64,000 nucleotides of DNA, from assembly GCF_001194135.2 (NCBI RefSeq), contig NC_069004.1:15350178-15414177 (forward strand), in the 5' to 3' direction. Positions 51,909-62,464 of the stretch are shown here, one piece after another (the stretch's first letter is position 1; each line of letters begins with the position of its first letter). The position numbers and the translations under genes were made by a program. The notes under the pieces were generated by a model that did not search any database, had not been told where the DNA came from, and was given only the letters and a program-made list of their open reading frames with translations. This DNA is from Octopus bimaculoides. Lineage: Eukaryota.

Positions 51909-52025
51909 AATGTTTACAGTACCTAGGTTTCTCAAGTGATCACCCATCTAAGCACTAACTAGGCTTGATGTTGCTTAACTTCAGTGATTGGACGAGAACC
52001 TGTACTTTCAACGTGATATGGCCGT
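51909..52025 (-). pseudogene. 5S rRNA pseudogene (near full length, decayed)
   Basis: Reverse complement reads ACGGCCATATCACGTTGAAAGTACAGGTTCTCGTCCAATCACTGAAGTTAAGCAACATCAAGCCTAGTTAGTGCTTAGATGGGTGATCACTTGAGAAACCTAGGTACTGTAAAC, which is the 5S layout. Box A (AGTTAAGC) is intact, box C is mutated and the 5' end is lost into a (CA/TG)n tract. Confidence 0.85.
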
Positions 52026-52040
52026 GTGTGTGTGTATGTG

Positions 52041-52110
<70 letters not shown>

Positions 52111-52278
52111 CTCACACAGACATGTATTTCATACACACACACATATGTAAGTATTTGGACTTTGGCTATATGACTATTAGTATATCAAAGAACATTCACC
52201 ATCTGGGCTACCTGATGTCATCAACAGTTATGATATAATTTTCACTGGATCTACATCAGGAAATCCATAATAGTGTAG

Positions 52279-52317
<39 letters not shown>

Positions 52318-52794
52318 TATAGATATATATATATACACACACACACAGATATATATATATATGTATTTATAAANNNNNNNNNNNNNNNNNNNNNNNNNNN
52401 NNNNNNNNNNNNNNNNNNNNNNNNNNNNNNNNNNNNNNNNNNNNNNNNNNNNNNNNNNNNNNNNNNNNNNNNNNNNNNNNNNNNNNNNNNNNNNNNNNNN
52501 NNNNNNNNNNNNNNNNNNNNNNNNNNNNNNNNNNNNNNNNNNNNNNNNNNNNNNNNNNNNNNNNNNNNNNNNNNNNNNNNNNNNNNNNNNNNNNNNNNNN
52601 NNNNNNNNNNNNNNNNNNNNNNNNNNNNNNNNNNNNNNNNNNNNNNNNNNNNNNNNNNNNNNNNNNNNNNNNNNNNNNNNNNNNNNNNNNNNNNNNNNNN
52701 NNNNNNNNNNNNNNNNNNNNNNNNNNNNNNNNNNNNNNNNNNNNNNNNNTATATATAATGGTGCAGGTGGGGGGGGGGCATGTGATTGAGAAGC

Positions 52795-53335
52795 TTACTT
52801 CATGGGCTAGTCAATTACATTGACCCAGTGCTTGAATGGTACATTCTTTTATTGACCCTGAAAGGACAAGAGGCAAAGTGGAACTCAGCAGATGTTAAAA
52901 ATAATAAAAAGGCTTTCAAATTTTGGCACAAGACCAACAATTTTGGGGTGTGGGGTGATTAAATCCACCCCAGTACTCAACTGGTACTGATTTTATGGAC
53001 TCCGAAAGGATGGCTACGTCAACCTCAGCAGAATTTGAACTCAGAATCGTAAAGATGGAGAAATGCCACTAAGCATTTTGCCTGGCATGTTAACGACTCT
53101 GCCAACTTGTCGCCTTTAAATATTGGTTTCAAATTTTGGCATAAGTCCAGCAATTTCAGAGGAGGAAGTAAGTCAATTACTGTGACTTCAGTGCTCTACT
53201 GGTACTTATTTTATTGACCCCAAAAAGAGATGACAGGCAAAGTCGACCTTGGCAGAATTTGAACTCAGAATGTGAAGAGAGATGAAATATTGATGGGCTA
53301 TCAATTCTGCCAGCTTGCTGTCTTAATAATAATGT
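52795..53335 (-). mobile_element. Three head-to-tail copies of tRNA-derived SINE family C
   Basis: Repeating TTTCAAATTTTGGCA..., TATTGACCC.AAAGGA..AGGCAAAGT, GCAGAATTTGAACTCAGAA (reverse-complement B box GAGTTCAAATT). Confidence 0.75.
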
Positions 53336-53559
53336 TTTCTTTATTAACAGCTAAGGATTCACAAAACTGGGGATGGTACAGGACAATACAATGTGGAGTT
53401 ACATAAAAGGGTTAAAAAAACTGAAAAACAGTAACAATATAAAATTATAACAATAAATGATTCTGAATAAATAGAGTTTATTCAGAACCTGCAATACCCC
53501 CTGGTAGCACTGCCAGGCCAAGGATTTCTGTAAATTATCCACAGACCCCAGCCCAAAAG

Positions 53560-53915
53560 AAGCTTGCTTCCCAACTACATGGTTCCGGGTTCAGACCCAC
53601 TTAGGCAAGTGTCTTTTACTATAGCCTCAGGTCAACCAAAGCCTTGTGAATGGATTTGGTAGATGAAAATGAAAGAAGCCTGTCGTTGATATATATGTGT
53701 GTATGTCTGTCTGTTTGCTCCACTCCATCACTTGACAACCGATGTTGGTGTGTTTATGTCCCAGTAACTAAGCAGTATGGCAAAAGAGACCAATAGAATA
53801 AGTACTAGGCTTACAAAGAATAAGTCCTGGGGTTGATTTCTTCTACTAAAAACCCTTTAAGGCAGTGCTCCAGCATGGCTGCAGTCAAATGACTGAAACA
53901 AGTAAAAGAATAAAA
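53560..53915 (+). mobile_element. tRNA-derived SINE family B; further copies at 25187-25548 (-), 37265-37605 (+), 51430-51560 (+, partial), 57395-57500 and 57900-58120 (+)
   Basis: Shared GGCAAGTGTCTT.TACTATAGCCTC, GATGTTGGTGTGTTTA, GATAGAATAAGTACTAGGCTTACAAAGAATAAGTCCTGGGG, GCTCCAGCATGGCTGCAGTCAAATGACTGAAACAAGTAAAAGA. Confidence 0.8.
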
Positions 53916-53944
53916 GTGTATATATATGTGTGGGTGTGTGTGTG

Positions 53945-54113
53945 TGTGAGGATCACAAGGACTGTGTTGCAGAAGCTAGGTACAAAGATGCTGTAAGTAA
54001 ATCGAAAGTCAACAATTTCAATAATGAATTTAGTGTGAAAATAGAAGTCCATCATGGTTCAGTTTTCGGGTCTTTCCTATTCATCATAATCCTACAGGAC
54101 ATCATAGAGGAAT
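53945..54113 (+). mobile_element. RTE RT fragment cut by a MITE
   Basis: YKDAVSKSKV..NEFSVKIEVHHGSVFGSFLFIIILQDIIEEF, ending at the MITE TTAA. Confidence 0.7.
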
Positions 54114-54408
54114 TTAACCCTTTAACATTTAAACTGGCCATATCTGACACAAATATTCTACCTGTGTTATGATCAAACTGGCCAGATTCGGCCTCTCACA
54201 CCTACCCCACAATATCATTCGAAAAATAAACAATCACATCATCAAAATCTCAAAACTACAAGATAATGAGTAGTTAATTCAAAACAATGTGAATGACCTT
54301 TTGACATTCAGATTACTCTGTCAAATGCAATGCTTATTTATTTACAATGTTTTTTAATTAATCATGCATTATCTCATAGCTTTGAGATTTTTATGATGTG
54401 ATTGTTAC
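54114..54408. mobile_element. Two partial TTAA MITE family 1 copies in opposite orientation
   Basis: Plus copy 54114-54295 lacks its 3' end. A minus copy starts at 54296 with its right TIR and is truncated at ~54408. Confidence 0.75.
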
Positions 54409-54740
54409 CTTTGCCTTAGCGAAGGCAGATGTATTGTTTTCAGTTGCATTTGTTTGTTTGTTTGTCTATGGACAAGATATCTCAAGAAACGCTGGATGGA
54501 TCCAGATGAAACTTTCAGGGATGTTTGGCTTCATGACTGGCACAAACTGATTAGATTTTGGGATCGATCTGGTACCAGACAAGGATTCTGGATTATTTTT
54601 CCGTTTTTTTACTTAATTTTTGATAGCAGTTGGGTTCATTTTTACTATTCTCATTTATGAGAACAGTCGAGTTATTTCAGACATTCTCATTTTAAAAAAC
54701 ATCTCCGGCTAATCATTGAGAGGATGTTGGTGTTGCCTTG
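54405..54740 (+). mobile_element. Non-autonomous Helentron/Helitron-type (HINE-like) element, 3' truncated
   Basis: Starts TTACCTTTGCCTTAGCGAAGGCAGATGTATTGTTTTC with a short hairpin, then a (TTTG)n tract, GAAACTTTCAGGG and TTAGATTTTGGGATCGATC, and ends GTTGCCTTG. This is the layout of HINE elements (recognised by pattern). Confidence 0.55.
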
Positions 54741-54965
54741 TTAAATTCACTTTGAGGCCTCTAGGTTCCAGGTTTTGTTTCCATGTCTGGAATGCCTTTT
54801 CTAATTCTAATAAAGATTCAGTTATATGATGTTGATCATCAGCATAAAGAAGCTCCCATGGGCAGCTCTTCTTAAGCTTCTCTGCTATAACTTGGAGAGC
54901 AAGAGTAGGCTGAGGACTGGGCTCCAACTTCATGCTAAATGCAATGCTACACTTATCCCTAATTC
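54741..54965 (-). mobile_element. RTE RT fragment
   Basis: CPWELLYADD...KAFQTWKQNLEPRGLKVNL. Confidence 0.8.
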
Positions 54966-56224
54966 TCACCTTGCATGCACAGCTCTTACAAGCCAATCAT
55001 CAACTCAAGCTACCTCAGTGACCACCTGATCACAGAGCAAGAAACCATATCAAAGGCCTTTTCTAGATAACAAATGCCAGACATAGGGGCTTATTCTTAG
55101 CTAGATATTTCTTCTGCAGTTGTTTCACTAGGAAGATGATAAAAGCAGTGCTTCATCTTGGCAAAAAACCAAAGTGCACAGTATCTATGTTAACTTTCTT
55201 CTCAGTCAGTTGCATTATAAATATGTACTCTTAATAAACAGGTCCAAAAGCTTAACACTTCTGTAGTTTATCTTCTTTTATGTCATATTTGCCCTTATAG
55301 CAGATGCTGATACTGTTACACTAGTCATTATATATGATACCCTCCTGTATTATCTAACTTATTACGTGGGTGACCAACTCATATCCCATTCCACTAAGGA
55401 TTTTAAACATTTCAATGATAATTCTTGATAGACCAGGCCTTTTCTATCTTCAGTTAATTTTAGAACAATGAGTACATTATTCTTATTTTCTTCATTAAAC
55501 TTTTACAATAAAGATGCATAGCTCAAAAGAAGATATTTCTGTTTACCCTAATTCTACAAACTATATTCATTGTGGGCTGGGATGACAATTGTTCAGGTGG
55601 CTAACAAGTGATTCTACATCACAAAAATTAATTACCAGCTTCATTACAATCTAAGTGGTAATCACATTTTTCTTTCTTTCTTTTATTTGCTGTCAAATCG
55701 CAGTCATTTTATTGTGAAATCAACTGTTTTCAATAAAATTGGGTGGGGCTGTTCTTTTCTGCCAAAGGAAAGAGATGCATTACATAAAGAGATTTCTCTG
55801 AGGCATATTATTTGCTGACAACTTGGTCTTCGACAACATAATATGACAACCAGGATTGGTCAATTGCTTTATCAAGTTCATCATGTTTTTGTGAAGGTAC
55901 TGCTGATTGACTAAACATGATTTCAACAAAATGTGGAAAGCAAGAAATTATAAGAAAATCCTGGCTTTTTTTTTTTTTCTGCAAATTAATGTGTAACAGT
56001 TATCAATGGAGACAATCAGTTTTGAAGTATTTATATTTCACAAATTATCAAGTATGAATTACGTTGACCCCAGCATTATTGCACAGAACAAGAACTTAAA
56101 ACTGGATACATAGCAGCAGATATCTCAATTCTCTCTTGTACACTATTTCACTATTCTGAATAACTCATACCATAGATCCTTATGCTGTGAAACATTAACA
56201 AACTTTTTTCTTTCTGCCTCTCCC

Positions 56225-56433
56225 CTTGCTAAATGTAGCCTCCCTTCAGCAGTCACCAAATCTGTCAAAGGCCTTCTCAAGACCAGCAAATGCTATGTAT
56301 AAGGACTTACTTCTAGCCATGTATTTCTCTTGTGGTTGTCTCACTAGGAATATGGCATCAGTGCTACCTTTTCCTGGGATAAAAACCAAACTACATCTCA
56401 TGCAAATTAATCCTGTCCCTATTTTATTTAGCA
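56225..56433 (-). mobile_element. RTE RT fragment
   Basis: FIPGKGSTDAIFLVRQPQEKYMARSKSLYIAFAGLEKAFDR. Confidence 0.8.
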
Positions 56434-56985
56434 TTAACCCTTTCTGTAACCTTCATAACCTGGTCCAACAGAGGCGATTTGCTGTACTTGAGAAGACACG
56501 TAAAATCACTGCCATCCATACACACAAGCTTGTCCTTTGCAGGCGCTGGTGCCACATAAACACACCCATGCCAGTGATACATAAAAGGCACTCAGCACAC
56601 TCTGTAAAGTGGCTGGCATTAGGAAGGGCATCCAAATGTAGAAACCATGTCACAAAGGGCAAGTGGAGTCCGGCCAGCTCCATGTCGTGCCAGCATGGAA
56701 AACAGACCTTAAACGATGATGATGATAATGATGATCATGTACTTTCCTCTATAGTACATCTCTAATTAATCTAGACTTCATGTCTTTTATTAAACAATTT
56801 AGGCAAACCCAGTCCTGTTTCTCTGTCTTAAGGCAAAAAGCACGCATTTCATCTTCTCTCTCTCCCTATTTTGTTATCTTTCTTATACCTTACCATGTGT
56901 TCCTATCCACCTACGCATAACATACATTTTGCCTTCCCTCTTTTATCATATCAATCTATCTACTTCTTTATTCCTACCTCTCTCT

Positions 56986-57214
56986 TTAACCCTTTAGTAT
57001 TCAGATTAATCTATCAAATGAAATGCTTATTTATTCACATTGTTTTGAATTACTCATGCTTTATCTCATAGCTTCGAGATTTTGATGATGTGATTGTTTA
57101 CTTTTAGAATGACATTGTAGGGGTAGGTGTGAGAGGCTGGATCTGGCTGGTTTAAACATAAAACAGGTAGAATATTTGGACCAGATATGACTTGGTTAAA
57201 TGCTGAAGGATTAA
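56986..57214 (-). mobile_element. TTAA MITE family 1 (reverse orientation)
   Basis: TTAA|CCCTTTAGTATTCAGATT...AATGCTGAAGGA|TTAA. Confidence 0.8.
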
Positions 57215-57501
57215 TGTCTTCTCACCATGTGTTTTTTTTTTCTTTTTTTTTGTTGCTGTCCCTCTTTCTCTCAATGTCTTTCCCACTCCCTTTCTATTAA
57301 TTGATCTAAATATAATTATTATTATTATTTCCATCTTTCCTGTGAAAATCTCCTTAGCAATTGTTGTAGCTGCAGATTTCTCATAGTCCACGTTCCATTT
57401 CAGTCCCACTGCGTGGCACCTTGGGCAAGTGTCTTCTAATATAGCCTCCAGCCAACCAAAGCCTTGTGTGTGGATTTGGTAGATAGAAACTGAAAGAAGC
57501 C

Positions 57502-57557
<56 letters not shown>

Positions 57558-58231
57558 TCATCATCCTTATCATTTAACGTCTGTTGTCCATGCTGGCATG
57601 GGTTGGATAGTTAGACCAGGACTGGCAAGCTGAGGGGCTACACCAGACTCCAATCTGATTTGGCTTGGTTCCTACAGTTGGATGCCCTTTCTAACACCAA
57701 CCACTCTTAGAGTGTAATGGGTGCTTTTACATGCTACCGGCACAGGTGCCAGTTGCATGACACCAGCATTTGCCACAACTACGATTTCATTTGGCTTGAT
57801 GGGTCTTCTGCTCAAGGTCTCGGTCATTTGTCATTGCCTCCATGAGACCCAATGCTTAAAAGGTGTTTTTTACATGCCCCCATATATATTTATGTGTGTG
57901 TGTCTCTGTGTCTGTGTTTGTCCCCCACTGCCCACCATCACTTGACAACCAATGTTGCTGTGTTTATATCCCCGTAACTAAGAAGTTTGGCAAAAGAGAC
58001 TGATAGAATAAGTACTAGGCTTACAAAGAATAAGTCCTGGGGTTGATTTCTTTGACTAAAACCCTTTAAGGCTATGTTCCAGCATGTCTTCAGTCAAATG
58101 ACTGGAATGTGTAAAAGAATATATATTGGGGGAGGGGAGGTCAAACAGGAGAAATAAATTTGACACTCAAGAGTGTGTGTATAGGTTAGGAGGTGCAAAC
58201 AGGTGAAATAAACTCAATATTTAAGAATATA

Positions 58232-59461
58232 CTGGGTCATGAACTTAAAGTAGGAAGGCCATGGGATAAATAATCTGCATCAACTTGCTATAAAAGCAAG
58301 TAGTAATTTTACCTTGTCCTTATTATTAATACAAGTTTTGAAGAGTGCAGTTTGATTTTAACAGTTATTTTTTCAAAGTTACAATGGAAGTGACAAAGGA
58401 GCATATTCGGCATATTTTGCTATATAAGTTCAATAAAAGCAACAACACAACAGAAAGTGTGAGGAATATTAATGCAGTATATGAGGATCGGACAATAAGT
58501 GTAAACCAGTATGAACAGTGGTTCCAGAAATTCTGAGCTGGAAATTACAGCCTAGAAGATGTGCCTCATCCTGGAAGATCTGTAGAGCTCAACAAGGACA
58601 TCCTGCAAACCCTGGTGGAACAAAATCCCATTGTAACTGTTGAGGAACTAGCAGAGAAGCTTGGATTTGGTCATTCAACCATTCATCAACACCTGTATGC
58701 CATCGGAAAAGACAGCAAATTGGGTCAATGGATTCCTCACAAATTTCTGAGTTTAATTGCGTGCAGAGAATGAATGTGTGCTTTTCTTTGCTGTCACATC
58801 TCATAAATGACCCTTTTTTTGACCAAATAGTGACTGGTGACAAGAAATGGGTTCTCTATAAGAATGTCAAGCACTGAAGACAGTGGGTAGGGAAAGGAGA
58901 AACACCAGCACCCCAGGTTAAAGAAGGTTTTCATCCATGTAAGGTGTTATCTGTTTGGTGAGATATGAAAGGTTTAATCCACTTTGAACTTCTAAACCCA
59001 AACCAAACGCTAACAAAGGAGATCTACTGTGAACAACTTGAGTGCCTTAAGTCAGTGCTAGAAGAAAAACGACCGTCTTTGATTTCAAGATGAAAGGTGT
59101 TCTTCCATCAGGATAATGCTCAGCCACATACAGCAAGGATGACATTCCAAAGGCTGGAGCAGTTTGGAAACGATGCCCCACCCACCATCCATCTGATTAT
59201 CACTTATTCTGTGGTCTTTAAAGTCATTTGGACAGAAAAAATATGAATTATGGAAACAAAGTCAGAACAGTACTGGAGGAGTATTTTTTGTCATGGACAA
59301 GTGAATTTTGGAAGAGGGACATTACAAGTCTACTAGATAGATGGAAGAGCATTGTAAAAAATGAAGGAGAGTATATTTTAGATTAAAAAAGAACTTCGTT
59401 CATCTTAATTTTGAAAAATAAAAGAAATATAAAAAACTGCATTATTTATGGGATGACCCAA
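58232..59461 (+). mobile_element. mariner transposon relic (~1.23 kb, DD34D type)
   Basis: Broken ORF from ATG 58384 (MEVTKEHIRHILLYKF...), with motifs LGQWIPHK, VTGDKKWVLY, HQDNAQPHT and PSDYHLF. Right TIR is GCATTATTTATGGGATGACCCAA. The left TIR is partly matched (TA|CTGGGTCAT). Confidence 0.9.
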
Positions 59462-59589
59462 TGTGTGTGTGTGTGTGTGCATGTATGTGTGTGTGTGTGT
59501 ATGTGTGTGTGTGTGTACACATCAATTATATTAGAAGATCATACTGGTAACAAGGGATTTCTCCCTCAGAATCAAGAGCAGATTTCATG

Positions 59590-59990
59590 ATGCTTATATA
59601 CAATATGCACTGCTGCATGGCAGTGATATGTGGGCCTTGGAAGAAGAAAACATTAAAGAAACAAGGTAAACATGCTTCACTGGATGTGCCATGTTAGTAT
59701 GCATGAACAACAGAGTATAAATGAACTGAGAGAGGAAACTGGGTACAGTAAGAATGAAATATGGTGTGCAAAGGAAAGTAGACTGCATTGGTATAGACAT
59801 GTGATACAAATGAAGGATGAATGTTACATAAAGAAGTGTTGTGTGCTCCAAATGAATAGAATCTGTGATAGGAGATCAAGGAATACATGGAAGAAACAAT
59901 TGGCCCTAAACGTGAAACAGCAGCAACATATGACAAACAAATGCCTTTATGGAGACTTGCCGAAAGTTAGCAAGAAGATCAGGTGAAGAT
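59590..59990 (+). mobile_element. RTE 3' fragment
   Basis: MLHWMCHVSMHEQQSINELREE..ESRLHWYRHVIQMKDECYIKKC. Confidence 0.7.
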
Positions 59991-61023
59991 GGCTGCAACT
60001 ATCTGATCACTGCATGTGCCACCCTGAACAGGAAGCATCCAAATTAGTCTTGTGGAACCCACTTCATGGTAATGTAAGAAGAGGAAAACATTGTTACATG
60101 TACAATACCAACTTGATCACAGACACTGGCTTCGAATGTATCCAGGACCTCGAGGCAGTGATGTTGGACTGAGAAGTGAGGCAGGTAGATTTTGTTGTTG
60201 TGGTTCAGGTTGGAACCCAGCCATAAAAAAAAGGAAGTGGTGGAAACTGATCTCCAGGCACTACACCTGGCAAAGAAGATGACTTTATGTCTGTCTGTCC
60301 TTGTTTGTCCCTTCTTTGTAAGGCCTTAATGGCCAATATATATGAAATAAAGAAGATGACAAAGAACTGTGTTGACTGGTGATTACAGGAGACAGCAAAA
60401 AATGCAGTCTTCTGTACCAGCTTCTGAAAATGCCAGCTAAAATAGTGGTTTGTGCATGCACCACTACCCACTGCATATTCTATGCTCCTGCACATCTCCA
60501 TCCCATGTACTATATCTTATCTCTTCACCTCAAGCCATATGTAATTCAAGGACCGGCATTTGACATGTACAAAATAAATCCCTCACCCTCCTCTCTACCT
60601 TTCTTCTCTTTACCTATACACTGTACCATGCCACCAATGCCAGCATTCTGAACCCCCTCCACTTCTACCATCCATATCCTCCTTCTATCTTTCCTGATGC
60701 TTCAGTAAGGCAGGGATGAGACTGAACCCATGCAACCTTCACTCACTCAACTTAGTTTCCATGCTCTCATCTATTCACCTTCTTGGCCATGTTACATTGA
60801 ATTTGTGGTCTGGCTCCTCCTCTTCTATGACCTCTGTTAATGTCTCCACTACCACCACCTCACAGCAATAAACACCCTGCCCCACATTATGTTGTAACTT
60901 CTCCCAAAATGCCCCTCACATACACGACAATAAATCTGTTCTGTGCAGCATGAAGTAACTTCTCCCAACACATCGCCTAAAGTTATCACTCTATTATGCT
61001 CTCATTCAGTGGTGGAAACACTT

Positions 61024-61244
61024 TTAACCCTTTAGCATTTAAACTGGCCATATCCAACCAAAATATCCTGCCTGTTTTATGTTCAAACTGGCCAGATCTG
61101 GTTTCTCATACAATGCCATTCTAAAAGTAAATAAACACAAATTTTGAAATCTTAAAGCTTTGAGATAATGTATGAATTAATTCAGAACAATGTGAATAAA
61201 TATGCATTACATTTGACAGACTAATTTGAACACTAAAGGGCTAA
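61024..61244 (+). mobile_element. TTAA MITE family 1
   Basis: TTAA|CCCTTTAGCATT...CACTAAAGGG|CTAA. Confidence 0.8.
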
Positions 61245-61650
61245 CCTGCGAGTTAGAACATGTTCTAACTAGTGGTGGTAGCACAAAAAAAAAATATCTA
61301 CTACACAATGTGAAGTGGTTGGTGAATTGAGCAGAGAACAACACAGGGTTTCAAAGAAGTCATTACTTTCACTGGGGGTAACACAAATTCACCCATGCTG
61401 GTGCCATGAAAGTGGTTGACAATAAGAATAGCATCCAGGCACAGTAACAAAGCAGAAGTTGATACGGTTGAACTGTCCAACCAAGGCCACCTTGGAAAGT
61501 AGAAACTGTAAAATGATGACAAATTTTTATTCAGCTTACCTGCTAATTGCGACACCAGTGATTTCTCAATCAATGTTTAGCTATATCAATATTGGCCGAT
61601 TTTCTCCTAGCATGCAAAACTGACACTCCATTGGTTACAACAATTAGGGT

Positions 61651-61932
61651 TCCAGTTGATCCAATCAACAGAACAGTCTTCTCATGAAGTTAATGTGCAA
61701 GCGGCTGGGTACTCCACAGACATGCATACCCTTAATGTAGTTCTCAGGGAGATTCAGTGTGACACAGAATGACAAGGCTGGCCCTTTGAAATACAGGTAC
61801 AACTTATTTTTGCAAGCAGAGTGCACTGGAGCAATATGAAATAAAGTGTCTTGCTCACGGACACAATGTGCCACTGGGAATTGAACCCATGACCTTATGA
61901 GCATGAGCCGAATACCCTAACCACTAAGCTAC
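61651..61932 (-). mobile_element. tRNA-derived SINE family D, near full length; head fragments at 10330-10455, 28755-28822, 35345-35490
   Basis: Minus strand gives TAGCTTAGTGGTTAGGGTATTCGGCTCATG...GGGTTCAATTCCCAG (A/B boxes) followed by GTGTCCGTGAGCAAGACACTTTATTTCA. Confidence 0.8.
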
Positions 61933-62464
61933 AATGAGTAGTAGCTTACATAGCAATAGTGATAATTGTAATAAATAATTAAGTGAGAGGAGATTGACAC
62001 ATAGTTTGAGATGGGGGTAGAGGTGAATGTAGTGAATAGTGAACAAGGATTGGCCTGTGGTCAAAGTGAGTGGCAAACAAGGTGGAGGACAATCAATGGC
62101 AGATATAAGAATGAGGTATGGCAGGGGAAATGATAAATAACAAGTGGAACAGAAAGAGTGTTCAGTGGAAAATTAAGTGGAAACAGATGATAATGTGACT
62201 GAGGGATGGATGTCAAATGGAAGTGGTTCCAAGCAGAGGGATGACTGGTAACACAAAAACAGGATGAGATATGCAATTCTGCATATTGTGCCACAGTTAA
62301 ATGGGGATGGGTGACAGGAAGATGAGAGAGTGGAAAAGGTTTGACAAAAATAGATTGGGTCTGAGGGCAGGCCCCAGTTATGTTTATTGATATAAATGCT
62401 TTCAGGACCTATTTTGCCATGATGCACAGATTTTCTTGAGCACAGCATATCATCAATTATCATG

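Larger units (their letters stand above)
4977..52749. other. Assembly gaps: 4977-5047, 7471-7536, 42145-42347, 47841-48060, 51070-51079, 52374-52749
   Basis: N runs, mostly adjacent to microsatellites. Confidence 1.

Noticed and set aside
56226-56765. 179-aa plus-strand ORF
   Set aside because: Chance read-through of an antisense RTE fragment joined to a SINE-A fragment.
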